Shown piece after piece: positions 28,641-37,700 of a stretch of 64,000 nucleotides of DNA. The notes under the pieces are model-generated. The model was not told the origin of the DNA. It ran no database searches and worked only from the letters and a program-made list of their open reading frames with translations. A program made the position numbers and the translations under genes. Position 1 is the first letter of the stretch, and each line of letters starts with the position of its first letter. This stretch comes from an uncultured Elusimicrobia bacterium. GTDB lineage: Bacteria; Elusimicrobiota; Elusimicrobia; Elusimicrobiales; UBA9959. The DNA lies in contig CAIPTO010000082.1 of NCBI GenBank assembly GCA_903867985.1, forward strand, positions 7,580 through 71,579, in the 5' to 3' direction.

Positions 28641-29282
28641 ATGGCCAAGATAAATGAAGTTGCGATAGTGCTTGTTATTTTGCTGGCCGGAACCGTTGGC
28701 TCTTCCTATGGAGCCGATATTTCCATGCACGCGCTTGGACGAAAGAGCGGTTTACCGGCTACGGGGCAATTCACCTGCTACAATGTCACCACTCACGCCG
28801 TAATCGCCTGCCCGGCACCCGGCTCAACCAATGCTCAGGATGGATCATATGTGACGTCAGCTACGTCACCCAGCTTTACAAACAACGGCAACGGAACAAT
28901 AACTGACAATAGAACAGGATTGATGTGGAAAAGATGCACTGAGGGATTGAGCGGGGATAATTGCGCCGCAGGCGCTGTTAATACAATTGCATGGGATGTG
29001 GCTTTAGCTCAATGCGAAAATTTATCGTACGCTGGTCGCACTGACTGGCGTATGCCGAACATAAAGGAGCTTATCAGCATAGTGAACTATCAAAATTATA
29101 ACCCAGCCATAGACATTGTGTATTTCCCGAATACTCCGTATTCCAATTATCATATGGCCTCCACTACATATTCTAATGGTACCAGTATTAACTGGGAAGT
29201 GTCCTTTGCGGATGGAAGTGTGAACCACAATGCTTACAAATCTCAAGTCAACTATGTCCGTTGTGTGCGTGGCGGCCCATGA
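28641..29282 (+). CDS. DUF1566 (Lcl C-terminal) domain secreted protein
   Basis: LPATGQ..CY, QDG, NGNGTITDNRTGLMW, DWRMPNIKELISI, VRCVRGG; GGAGG favours ATG 28641 over 28626. Confidence 0.88.
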   Translation: MAKINEVAIVLVILLAGTVGSSYGADISMHALGRKSGLPATGQFTCYNVTTHAVIACPAPGSTNAQDGSYVTSATSPSFTNNGNGTITDNRTGLMWKRCTEGLSGDNCAAGAVNTIAWDVALAQCENLSYAGRTDWRMPNIKELISIVNYQNYNPAIDIVYFPNTPYSNYHMASTTYSNGTSINWEVSFADGSVNHNAYKSQVNYVRCVRGGP

Positions 29283-29406
29283 CTCACTATCTAACAATTT
29301 CGGATAGTATATCGGGAGTAGCTTTCTCAGCGGGGCCAGGTCGTTAAATTTAGCCAGCGTTTAACAGCGAAGCAAAAAATGTCTTTTTACATGCCTGGTT
29401 GTTTTA

Positions 29407-29435
29407 TTGTCATGCTTTGAAATATATTGTAGTAT
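29407..29435 (+). promoter_or_regulatory. Sigma70-like promoter for tRNA-Val/thrS
   Basis: TTGTCA -17 bp- TAGTAT, 10 bp before the tRNA. Confidence 0.55.
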
Positions 29436-29445
29436 TTATAAATAA

Positions 29446-29520
29446 GCCCAGTTGGCGCAGCGGTAGCGCGTTCCCTTGACATGGGAAAGGTCATAGGTTC
29501 GATCCCTATACTGGGCACCA
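29446..29520 (+). tRNA. tRNA-Val(GAC)
   Basis: Acceptor GCCCAGT/ACTGGGC, anticodon arm TTCCC-TTGACAT-GGGAA, GGTTCGATCC T-loop, encoded CCA. Confidence 0.97.
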
Positions 29521-29531
29521 TTTTTTAGCAG

Positions 29532-29610
29532 GGGATAGGGTAAAGGCTGCAGGATTTAGGGTTGATGAGTGCCTTCCGCCTCTACCCTATATCGCACCCT
29601 CTACCCTTTC
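29532..29610. repeat. Inverted degenerate heptamer arrays (family C)
   Basis: GGGATAG GGTAAAG GCTGCAG GATTTAG ... CCTCTAC CCTATAT ... CCTCTAC. Confidence 0.7.
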
Positions 29611-29618
29611 TTAACTTT

Positions 29619-31376
29619 ATGGCAGAAGAAAAAAAAGACGGTTTTGTCGAGATGATGAGGCATTCCCTGGCGCATGTGATGGCGCAGGCGGTAGTTGAGT
29701 TGTTCCCGGGCGCCAAACTGGCCATCGGCCCCTCGATAGAGAACGGCTTCTATTACGATTTTGAGTCCGAACACCATTTCACCCCCGAAGACCTGCCCAA
29801 AATAGAAAAAAAGATGAAGCATATCATCGCGCAGGCCCAGAAGTTCGAACGCGTCCAACTTACCCGGGAGGAGGCGCTGCGCCATTTTGAAGAGAAGGGC
29901 GAGAAGTTTAAGGTGGAGCTCATTAACGATCTGCCAGCCGCTGAGCCCATAAGCATTTATAAGAACGGCCCCTTTGAAGATCTCTGCCGCGGTCCCCATG
30001 TTGCCCATACCGGCCAGCTCAAGGCCTACAAGCTCGTCTCCATCGCCGGCGCTTACTGGCGCGGCGACGAGAAGCGGCCCATGCTCCAGCGCATATATGC
30101 CGTCGCCTTTGAGACCAAAGAAGAGCTGGACACCTATCTTAAACAGCAGGAAGAAGCCGCCAAGCGCGATCACCGCAAGCTCGGCAAGCAGCTTGATCTC
30201 TACAGTATAAATGAAACCGTGGGGCCCGGCCTGGTGCTTTGGCATCCTAACGGCGCCCGCATACGCAACGCTATAGAGACCTTCTGGAAGGAAGAGCATT
30301 CTAAAGGCGGGTACGACCTTATTTATACGCCCCATATCGGCAGGGCTAATCTCTGGCAGACCTCGGGCCACCTGGATTTCTACAAGGATTCCATGTACGC
30401 CCCGATGGATATAGACGGCATAGACTATTACGCTAAGCCGATGAACTGCCCCTTCCACATACAGATATACCAGAGTTCTCTTCACTCTTATCGCGATTTG
30501 CCGCTCAGATGGGCGGAACTTGGCACGGTTTACCGTTTTGAAAAAGCCGGGGTTCTTCACGGCCTCATGCGCGTACGCGGGTTTACCCAGGACGACGCGC
30601 ACATTATCTGCACGCCGGAACAGATGGAGGCGGAGACGCTTGAAGTGCTGCGTTTCAGCCTGAGCATCTGGCGCGCTTTCGGATTTACCGATATTAAGGC
30701 TTACCTCGCCACGCGTCCCGCCGACGCCGTGGGGGAACCGGCGCGCTGGGAAGAAGCCCAGAAAAGTCTGCTGGCCGCCGTTAATAAAGAAGGCATAAAA
30801 GTTGAGATGGATGAAGGCGGCGGAGCTTTCTACGGCCCCAAAATAGATCTTAAGGTGAAAGATTCGCTCGGCCGGGAATGGCAGACCACGACCATCCAGT
30901 TCGATTTCAATCTGCCCGAACGCTTCCAGATGGAATACACCGGCGCGGACGGCCACCGGCACCGGCCTTATATGCTCCACCGGGCGCTGTTGGGTTCGCT
31001 TGAACGGTTCTTTGGTATTCTGATAGAGCACTTTGCCGGTAATTTTCCGCTTTGGCTCGCCCCCGTGCAGGTTAAAGTGCTGAATATCACTTCGCTTGAA
31101 GAAGGCTACGCCCGCGAGATCGCGGCCAAACTGAAGGCTGCCGGCCTCAGGGTGGTCTTAGACCCGCGTTCCGATACCATCTCCTCTAAAGTCCGTGACG
31201 CCGCGAATGAAAAAGTCCCTTATGCTCTTATAGTCGGCAAAAAAGAAATGGCCGAGGGTAAAGTGTCGCTGCGGCTGAGGGGCAACCAGAGCATTTACGG
31301 ACTTGACCTCTCCGAAGTTACAGAGAACTTCGTGAAAGAGGCCGCCGAAAGACGCCTCACCAATTCTTACAGCTAA
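29619..31376 (+). CDS. thrS: Threonine--tRNA ligase (no N-terminal TGS domain)
   Basis: RHSLAHVMAQAV, DLCRGPH, RDHRKLG, KPMNCP, RVRGFTQDDAH, FYGPKID, HRA..GS.ERF. Confidence 0.97.
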   Translation: MAEEKKDGFVEMMRHSLAHVMAQAVVELFPGAKLAIGPSIENGFYYDFESEHHFTPEDLPKIEKKMKHIIAQAQKFERVQLTREEALRHFEEKGEKFKVELINDLPAAEPISIYKNGPFEDLCRGPHVAHTGQLKAYKLVSIAGAYWRGDEKRPMLQRIYAVAFETKEELDTYLKQQEEAAKRDHRKLGKQLDLYSINETVGPGLVLWHPNGARIRNAIETFWKEEHSKGGYDLIYTPHIGRANLWQTSGHLDFYKDSMYAPMDIDGIDYYAKPMNCPFHIQIYQSSLHSYRDLPLRWAELGTVYRFEKAGVLHGLMRVRGFTQDDAHIICTPEQMEAETLEVLRFSLSIWRAFGFTDIKAYLATRPADAVGEPARWEEAQKSLLAAVNKEGIKVEMDEGGGAFYGPKIDLKVKDSLGREWQTTTIQFDFNLPERFQMEYTGADGHRHRPYMLHRALLGSLERFFGILIEHFAGNFPLWLAPVQVKVLNITSLEEGYAREIAAKLKAAGLRVVLDPRSDTISSKVRDAANEKVPYALIVGKKEMAEGKVSLRLRGNQSIYGLDLSEVTENFVKEAAERRLTNSYS

Positions 31377-31392
31377 TCAGCGGGAGCGTGAC

Positions 31393-34300
31393 ATGAAGAC
31401 AATCTTCCTTGCTTTACTTCTGGTCGGGCCAGCAAGCGCGCGTGCGGAACTCACTACGGCGCAGCTTAGCGAAGATGAGGCCGCTTTTCAAAGTCTCTCC
31501 GACCTTTACCGTGCCGCCGCCGACCGGTCCGCTGTCGTTGGCGCCTTTGATAAATTCATTAAAAAATACCCGAAGAGCATTCGGGCCGCCGACGCGCAGT
31601 TTATGCAGGCCGAGGCCTATATGTCAAAGGGGCTTGAACTCCTGCGCCAGGAAAAGATTTCAAAGATGTCTTCCGAAGCCCGCAGTCTCTCGGGAGACAA
31701 CCAGGCGGCCATAGCAGAGCTTAACAACGCCGCGGCGGCTTACCTTAAAGTAATAAAAAATTACCGCAAGTCCGGTCTGGAAGCCTCGGCCCAGAACCGT
31801 ATCGGCGAAGCTTACTACAATATGGGCAATTGGGAGCGCGCGATAAAAGAATTTGAGCGCGTTGAGGACAAGTACCCGGACAGCTATATCGTGCCGGAAA
31901 GTCTGCTGGGCATTGTTTACTCCAATATCGCCTCAGGCAAGTTCCCGGCAGCCCAATCAACATTATTCCATCTGGAGGAAAGCTACCTCCCGTACATGAA
32001 AGATCCCTCAGTTCTTTTTGCCAAGGCCGTTATTGAGATGAATAACAAGAACTACCCCGCGGCCCAGAAGATATTTTCCCGGCTGGACACTGTTCAGGCT
32101 CGGGTGTTCCTTGGAAAGTCCTACCTTTACGAGGGCAAGACCTATATGGCGGCCGGCATTTTTGAGAAACTGCTGAAGGATTTCCCCGACTCCGATTACA
32201 AAGAAGAGACGGAGTTCATGACCGCAGATTCTTTTTTCTACGCCAAGGATTTTGACGGCGCCATTGTAAAATATGAGAACTTTCTTAAGAAATATCCCGT
32301 TTCCAAACTTAAGAGCGCGGCCGTCTTCCGTATAGGCGCCTCGCAGTTCAGCAAAAAGGATTACTCCAGCGCGCGCTCCAATTTTCAGAGCATTATAGAC
32401 CACACCCCCCAGGACCCTTTCGCGCCGTACGCCCAGTTCTTCATCGCGGAATCCTATCTGGAGAACAAACAGACCAGGGACGCGCTTTTCGCCTACACGA
32501 AGGTTACGGTGAATTACCCCGGTTCCTGGGTCGCCCCGGCTTCGCAGTATAAGTTAGCCTGGTGCCAGTATCTTCTGGAAGATTATCCTCAGGCTGTGCA
32601 CGCCCTTGATAGCTTTCTCTCACTGTATCCCGGCCACACTCTGGCCAAGAACGCCTGGCACCTCTCCGGCAACGCCAACCTGGAGCTGAAAAAGCCGCGG
32701 GAAGCTCTCCGGGCTTTCCAGAACGCGCTGGATATCGCGCCTTCCAGCGAAATAGCCGAACAGTCCCTTTTTCTTATGCTGCGCACCGAGTACGAACGGG
32801 GAAATTACAACAATATCCTTACCTCCTACCAGTTCGTTTTTAAGCACCTGCCCCCGCTGGGTTCCAAGTGGCGCGCGCTCAGCCTTCTCTACGTAGCTGA
32901 CGCCTACATGCGGCTTAATCTTACGGATGACGCCCGGAATATCTACAATACCGTCACCCGCATTTACCCCAATGATATTTCGGCCGTTTACGCCCAGGAA
33001 GGCCTGGTCTGGTGCAACGCGCTGGCCGGAGACGGCGACATAGCCATGAAGACCGCCGACAAACTGAAGACCATGAAGGCCGCGTTCCCCGATATCCCGC
33101 CGTCAGAAAGCGTGGATACCCTGGCCATAGCCGACAGTTATTTTAATCAGAAGGATTTTGAGAAAGCCTACCAGCTTTACGACAAGTTTGTCACCGAAAA
33201 TCCTGCCAGTTCCTACGCTGCCGGCGCGCTTTACCGGGCCGGGCTATCGTTATACCGTCTGCGCTATTACAGCCAGGCCGTGGAACAGTGGGTTAAGCTC
33301 TCAAAGAATTACCCGTCAGCCCCCGAGACGGAGCTGGCGGATTTTCAGACCGCCGACACTTATTTCAGGGCGCAGAAGTATTCGGAAAGCATTGCCGCTT
33401 ATAACGCCATCATCGCGAGGTACCCTAAAAGTTTCCAGCTCCCGCTCGCCTATCTGCGCGTGGCCCAGGTCTATTATAATCTGAAGCAGGACGCTCAGGC
33501 GGTGGAGCAGACCAAGACGGTAGTAGGAAATTTCCCGTCCGCGGCGGAGGCGTATGACGCGTTGGATCTGGCGGAAGTGATCTTTGACCGCGATCCGGGC
33601 ATGGATTTCAAGGCTTACTTTACGGGCCTTTCCGCCATTGAACCCAAAACCAAATCTTCGGGGGAGGCCCTGTTCCGTCTGGGCCGCCGGCTGTTTGAGA
33701 CTAAGAACTATCCGGGCGCCGTGGAATATCTTAAAAAATTCTGCGTGCAGTACATAGATCATTCCTCGGTCAAGGACGCGCAATTCTATCTGGGCGAATC
33801 CTATTTCCAGATTGGGGATATGGAGAACGCGGCCGCCGTGTTCGAGCGCTTCGCGACTAATTATACCGACGCCACGGAACACCCGCTGGCGCTCTTCAGG
33901 CTGGGCAACGCTTACTACAACTCCAAGAAATACGCCCCCGCCGTCAAGGCCTACGCCAAACTCACCGAACTTTATCCCGATAACGAATACATAAAGCCCG
34001 CGCTTTTCAACCTGGCGCTCTGCTATAAGAACACCGGAGCCACCGATCTGGCCGAGGAAACCTATCACAAGTATTTTGAGTTGTCGTCTAAGCCGGAAGA
34101 GGCATTGGGCGCGCTCTGGGAAATTTTTAACATTCAAAAGACGAAAGGGGATATGGCCGGGTCAATTAAAACTCTTACCGAGATCTACGGCGAGGCGGAA
34201 GGTAAGGAAGACGCACTTGAGGCCCTTTATCAGATGGGCGAAATAAGTTTAGAAGGCAAGCAGCCGGACGAGGCGCGCGATTACTGGGAGCGGCTGGCTC

Positions 34301-34692
34301 TGCAAAAACCCTTAAACAGTTCCTGGCGTCTGCAGGGTCTGGTCAAGCTAGGCGAGATCTACGAGGGGGAGAAGAACTACCCCGAAGCGGCCCGCGTATA
34401 CGAAGATATTTCAAAAAACGCGGCCACGCAGGAAGTGTCCAGAGCCGCGGGCGAGCGGGCTAAAGCGCTTATCCGCATGTCGTATCAGGAAAAGGCCGCG
34501 CCGCCTAAAGATACGAAGGCCGCGCCTGAAGCAAAGCCGGCAGCAGCTGCGGACGAAAATGAAGCCCGGCCCGAAGCGGATACCCAGGCTGCCTCTAAAA
34601 AGACGCCGAGGAAAGTGAGAAAGGCAAAAACGCCGGCAAAAGTCCAGGATCTGCCCGGAATGAAGGGAACAAAGACAGAGGCGGTAAACTAG
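31393..34692 (+). CDS. Large exported TPR protein (BamD/CpoB-like repeats)
   Basis: Signal peptide ending ARA; many ..YP.S...A.Y..G.YY repeats. Confidence 0.85.
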   Translation: MKTIFLALLLVGPASARAELTTAQLSEDEAAFQSLSDLYRAAADRSAVVGAFDKFIKKYPKSIRAADAQFMQAEAYMSKGLELLRQEKISKMSSEARSLSGDNQAAIAELNNAAAAYLKVIKNYRKSGLEASAQNRIGEAYYNMGNWERAIKEFERVEDKYPDSYIVPESLLGIVYSNIASGKFPAAQSTLFHLEESYLPYMKDPSVLFAKAVIEMNNKNYPAAQKIFSRLDTVQARVFLGKSYLYEGKTYMAAGIFEKLLKDFPDSDYKEETEFMTADSFFYAKDFDGAIVKYENFLKKYPVSKLKSAAVFRIGASQFSKKDYSSARSNFQSIIDHTPQDPFAPYAQFFIAESYLENKQTRDALFAYTKVTVNYPGSWVAPASQYKLAWCQYLLEDYPQAVHALDSFLSLYPGHTLAKNAWHLSGNANLELKKPREALRAFQNALDIAPSSEIAEQSLFLMLRTEYERGNYNNILTSYQFVFKHLPPLGSKWRALSLLYVADAYMRLNLTDDARNIYNTVTRIYPNDISAVYAQEGLVWCNALAGDGDIAMKTADKLKTMKAAFPDIPPSESVDTLAIADSYFNQKDFEKAYQLYDKFVTENPASSYAAGALYRAGLSLYRLRYYSQAVEQWVKLSKNYPSAPETELADFQTADTYFRAQKYSESIAAYNAIIARYPKSFQLPLAYLRVAQVYYNLKQDAQAVEQTKTVVGNFPSAAEAYDALDLAEVIFDRDPGMDFKAYFTGLSAIEPKTKSSGEALFRLGRRLFETKNYPGAVEYLKKFCVQYIDHSSVKDAQFYLGESYFQIGDMENAAAVFERFATNYTDATEHPLALFRLGNAYYNSKKYAPAVKAYAKLTELYPDNEYIKPALFNLALCYKNTGATDLAEETYHKYFELSSKPEEALGALWEIFNIQKTKGDMAGSIKTLTEIYGEAEGKEDALEALYQMGEISLEGKQPDEARDYWERLALQKPLNSSWRLQGLVKLGEIYEGEKNYPEAARVYEDISKNAATQEVSRAAGERAKALIRMSYQEKAAPPKDTKAAPEAKPAAAADENEARPEADTQAASKKTPRKVRKAKTPAKVQDLPGMKGTKTEAVN

Positions 34693-34735
34693 AAGTTGCT
34701 GTCACTAATTCTTAACCATTACGATTGGAGGTTTC

Positions 34736-35356
34736 GTGGAGAACATTAACTATTTAAATATTTTGAAGGACAGCTTTACGCTGGTCGTCCTGATATGTTG
34801 TTCGCTGCTGTCTTTTACCGTTGCTTTTGAGCGCTGGTGGTATTTCAGGAAAGCGCGTCACAGGAAAGTGGACGATTTTCTGGCGCACATAAGCGGACTG
34901 CTGAAAGAGGATAAGGCGGATAAAGCTGTTGAATATACCGGCAAGATAGATTCACCCGTAGCGAGGCTGTTCAACTACGCCTTACGCCACCGTGAAATGC
35001 CCAAGCACGATATAGAAGAACTGCTGGCCACTAAACGCCAGGAGGAGAAACTTAATCTCGAAAAGTTTCTGGGCGTGCTGGGTACCATGGGTAATATCGC
35101 GCCCTTCATCGGTCTCTTTGGCACGGTAATCGGAATTATAAAGGCTTTTCGCGACCTTGCGCTTTCCGGCGTCGGCGGTCCCACCGTGGTCGCCCGGGGC
35201 ATAGCGGAAGCGCTGGTTGCTACCGCGGCCGGCCTGGCAGTGGCTATCCCCGCCGTCATCATCTTCAACTATTTTACGCGAAAGGTTAAAGTTATCATGA
35301 GCGAACTGGAAATATTCTCTTCGCGCCTGATGATAATAATGGGATCGAAGCATTAA
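34736..35356 (+). CDS. exbB: MotA/TolQ/ExbB proton channel
   Basis: LGTMGNIAPFIGLFGTVIGII.AF, GIAEALVATAAGL.VAIPA. Confidence 0.9.
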   Translation: MENINYLNILKDSFTLVVLICCSLLSFTVAFERWWYFRKARHRKVDDFLAHISGLLKEDKADKAVEYTGKIDSPVARLFNYALRHREMPKHDIEELLATKRQEEKLNLEKFLGVLGTMGNIAPFIGLFGTVIGIIKAFRDLALSGVGGPTVVARGIAEALVATAAGLAVAIPAVIIFNYFTRKVKVIMSELEIFSSRLMIIMGSKH

Positions 35357-35360
35357 AATC

Positions 35361-35448
35361 GCCATTTGCCGTTCGCCATTAGCCAGCAGTTTGGGAAAGA
35401 AGTTCCTTTACAGTTTCTGTGTATAGCAAATGGCCAACGGCTAATGGC
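35361..35448. repeat. Inverted heptamer arrays (family A variant)
   Basis: GCCATTT GCCGTTC GCCATTA GCCAGCA ... GTATAGC AAATGGC CAACGGC TAATGGC. Confidence 0.85.
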
Positions 35449-35476
35449 ATCAAATTAGGTTTTATATATTTATATT

Positions 35477-35881
35477 ATGGGTTTTTCTACAGGCAATTCC
35501 GACGAAGGAATAACTGATATCAATGTCACGCCCCTGGTGGACGTGTCTTTGGTGCTTGTTATAATTTTTATGGCCGTGGCCCCGTTCGCAGTGCAGTCAG
35601 GCATCAAGGTCCTGCAATCAAAGTCCAGCGCCCAGGTGGGCAAGGTTTCCGCCTCGGAGAGCATCCAGGTCAAACTGACCCTCGATGGCGTTATAAAGCT
35701 TAACGGCATCGAGGTCTCGATGCTGGATTTTCCGGCGCGCATAGCCCAGGCTATCCTGGCCAGCAAGGATAAATTTGTGATCATCAAGGCCGATGACGGT
35801 AATAAAGTCGGAGAAGTTGTTACGATGATGGACACGGCAAAGCAGTCCGGCGCTTTAAAGATGGCGCTGATGAAGAACTAA
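35477..35881 (+). CDS. exbD: ExbD/TolR family protein
   Basis: INVTPLVDVSLVLVIIFM; IIKAD. Confidence 0.9.
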   Translation: MGFSTGNSDEGITDINVTPLVDVSLVLVIIFMAVAPFAVQSGIKVLQSKSSAQVGKVSASESIQVKLTLDGVIKLNGIEVSMLDFPARIAQAILASKDKFVIIKADDGNKVGEVVTMMDTAKQSGALKMALMKN

Positions 35882-35885
35882 ATCT

Positions 35886-35927
35886 GGCTTACGGCTTATA
35901 GCATACGGCTTACGGCGTATGGCAATG
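35886..35927. repeat. Heptamer array (family A, right arm only)
   Basis: GGCTTAC GGCTTAT AGCATAC GGCTTAC GGCGTAT GGCAATG. Confidence 0.85.
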
Positions 35928-35937
35928 GTTTACAACT

Positions 35938-36360
35938 ATGTCCTTTAAAGTCGAGAGTAACGACGACAATTTGGTTACCGGTATAAATGTCACGCCCCTG
36001 GTGGACGTCTGCCTGGTGTTGGTCATAATATTTATGGTTACAGCCCCGCTACTGTCGGAGCCGGTTTTTAAGGTGAACCTGCCGCAGGCCCGTACCCAGG
36101 AGGGGGAAGAGAAGGAAAAAATAGTCGTATCTCTCGCTCAGGAAGCCAAATACGCCGTAAATGAAAAGGCGTTCACCGTGAAGGACGAATTTTATAAAGC
36201 GCTGGAACGCTCTATCCGGGAAAGCGGCCTTAAGCTTGTGATCATAAAGGCCGACCAAAACGCCGGTTATGGTCTGCTGACGGACGTTATGCAGCGCGCT
36301 AAAGAAGCCGGGGCGTCCAGCATTACTATAGCCACGGAGCAGACTAAGAAGAAAAAATAA
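35938..36360 (+). CDS. exbD: Second ExbD/TolR family protein
   Basis: INVTPLVDVCLVLVIIFMVTAP, VNLPQA, IIKAD. Confidence 0.9.
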   Translation: MSFKVESNDDNLVTGINVTPLVDVCLVLVIIFMVTAPLLSEPVFKVNLPQARTQEGEEKEKIVVSLAQEAKYAVNEKAFTVKDEFYKALERSIRESGLKLVIIKADQNAGYGLLTDVMQRAKEAGASSITIATEQTKKKK

Positions 36361-36376
36361 CCGGCGGTTATTTTTT
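36352..36376. terminator. Possible bidirectional intrinsic terminator
   Basis: AAAAAATAACC-GGC-GGTTATTTTTT. Confidence 0.5.
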
Positions 36377-36395
36377 AGAGGCAAGTGATAACAAC

Positions 36396-36514
36396 TAGTG
36401 CGTAGTGGTTAGTGAATAGTGAATAGTGAATAGTGAATAGTGAATAGTGAATAGTGACTTACCACTTACCACTTACCACTTACCACTTATCACTTATCAC
36501 TTATCACTTATCAC
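36396..36514. repeat. Abutting inverted heptamer arrays (family B)
   Basis: TAGTGCG TAGTGGT (TAGTGAA)x6 TAGTGAC, then (TTACCAC)x4 (TTATCAC)x4. Confidence 0.95.
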
Positions 36515-36538
36515 TTAACCTTATTACCCTGTTTAACT

Positions 36539-37630
36539 ATGTATTCTCATTCCGATAAAACGCTCTTTTACTCTGCGATCGGAGCCGTTTTATTTCATGG
36601 TCTGTTCTTTTTTTTCTACATTAATTTCGTTCTGCTTGGTCCGCAAACCAGAAATATAGTCATAAACAACGTCGATCTGTTGCTCCAGGAAAAGGAGGCC
36701 CGTGTTCCCAAGGCGCCCGGCAATAAAACCCTGGATTTCTTAAAGCTGGCCCTGCCCAAGATCCCTAAGATCGAGATGACCACGGTGCCCAAACTGCCGG
36801 AGATAAATATCAAGGCGCCGGAAGCCCGCAAAAAGAACTTCGACCTGCCGCAAAAACTGCTGGAACGCTCGGGCCGTGTGCAGGCGCAGGAGCGGCTTGA
36901 GATGGATACGGCTAAACGGGCCGCGGCTGCGATGAACGCTGACCTCGGGATCAAGGCTGAACGCGCTACGGCGGCCCTGGCGCCCAAAATTGAGCTTGAG
37001 GAAGTAGGCATGAAGAAAGCGCCTACCCTCCCTGAGAATCTCCAGTTTGACGAGAACGCCCGTTCCTTCACGCCGCAAACCATGCAGGAACTTAATATCG
37101 CGGTGGAACGGGCCAAGAAATCATCCGCCCTGCCCCAGGGGCTTTCCGAAAGGCAGGGCGAGGTAAGCGCTATACGCGAGAGCGCCCGCATTACCCCGGC
37201 TATGCCTGAACGTCTGGCGGAAGCCATAAGCGCGCCCGCCGAAAGCCTTACGCAGGGGCTCAGGGCAAAACCCGTAATATTGGCCGCGAGTCTGGGCGGG
37301 CCTAAAAACGCCTCCATGAAGCAGGCTGAAGAAACGAAGAAAGTAGAGATAGAGGGGCCGATTTCAAAACGGAAAGTGCTTAAGTATTATGTGCCGTCTT
37401 TCCCGTCCTGGGCGCGCGAGCGCGGTTTGCTGGAAGCTTCGGTGTCCATAAAGTTTTATGTTAACAATTCTGGCCGGGTTCTGAATGGCGCTTCGGTGGA
37501 AAAGACTTCCGGCTACGGCGCTTTGGACCGGAGCGCTATTGACGCGATAAAAAAATGGCAGTTTGAGCCCATTAGCGGCGCGGAATCCCGTCAGTGGGGT
37601 ATAATAACGTTCAGGTTCGTGTCGGAATAA
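36539..37630 (+). CDS. TonB-family energy transducer (long linker, TonB_C)
   Basis: TM with S...A...H; C-terminal P.FP.WA...G...V.IKF.V...G.V....VEKTSGY.ALD..A..A.KKW.FEP. Confidence 0.85.
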   Translation: MYSHSDKTLFYSAIGAVLFHGLFFFFYINFVLLGPQTRNIVINNVDLLLQEKEARVPKAPGNKTLDFLKLALPKIPKIEMTTVPKLPEINIKAPEARKKNFDLPQKLLERSGRVQAQERLEMDTAKRAAAAMNADLGIKAERATAALAPKIELEEVGMKKAPTLPENLQFDENARSFTPQTMQELNIAVERAKKSSALPQGLSERQGEVSAIRESARITPAMPERLAEAISAPAESLTQGLRAKPVILAASLGGPKNASMKQAEETKKVEIEGPISKRKVLKYYVPSFPSWARERGLLEASVSIKFYVNNSGRVLNGASVEKTSGYGALDRSAIDAIKKWQFEPISGAESRQWGIITFRFVSE

Positions 37631-37700
37631 GAGATATAGGGCCGGGACGCCGTGGGGCATACCCGGAAAAAGTCGTGAGTCGGAAAAATAGGAGCAGTTT

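Noticed and set aside
23145-29520. Prophage or island integrated at tRNA-Val
   Set aside because: No integrase, structural phage genes or duplicated tRNA 3' end seen; the fibre-like protein has a signal peptide.
29601-31031. 476-aa minus-strand ORF (and similar ORFs such as 3717-4580, 33316-34137, 53625-54413)
   Set aside because: Antisense shadows of well-supported genes with no recognisable motifs.
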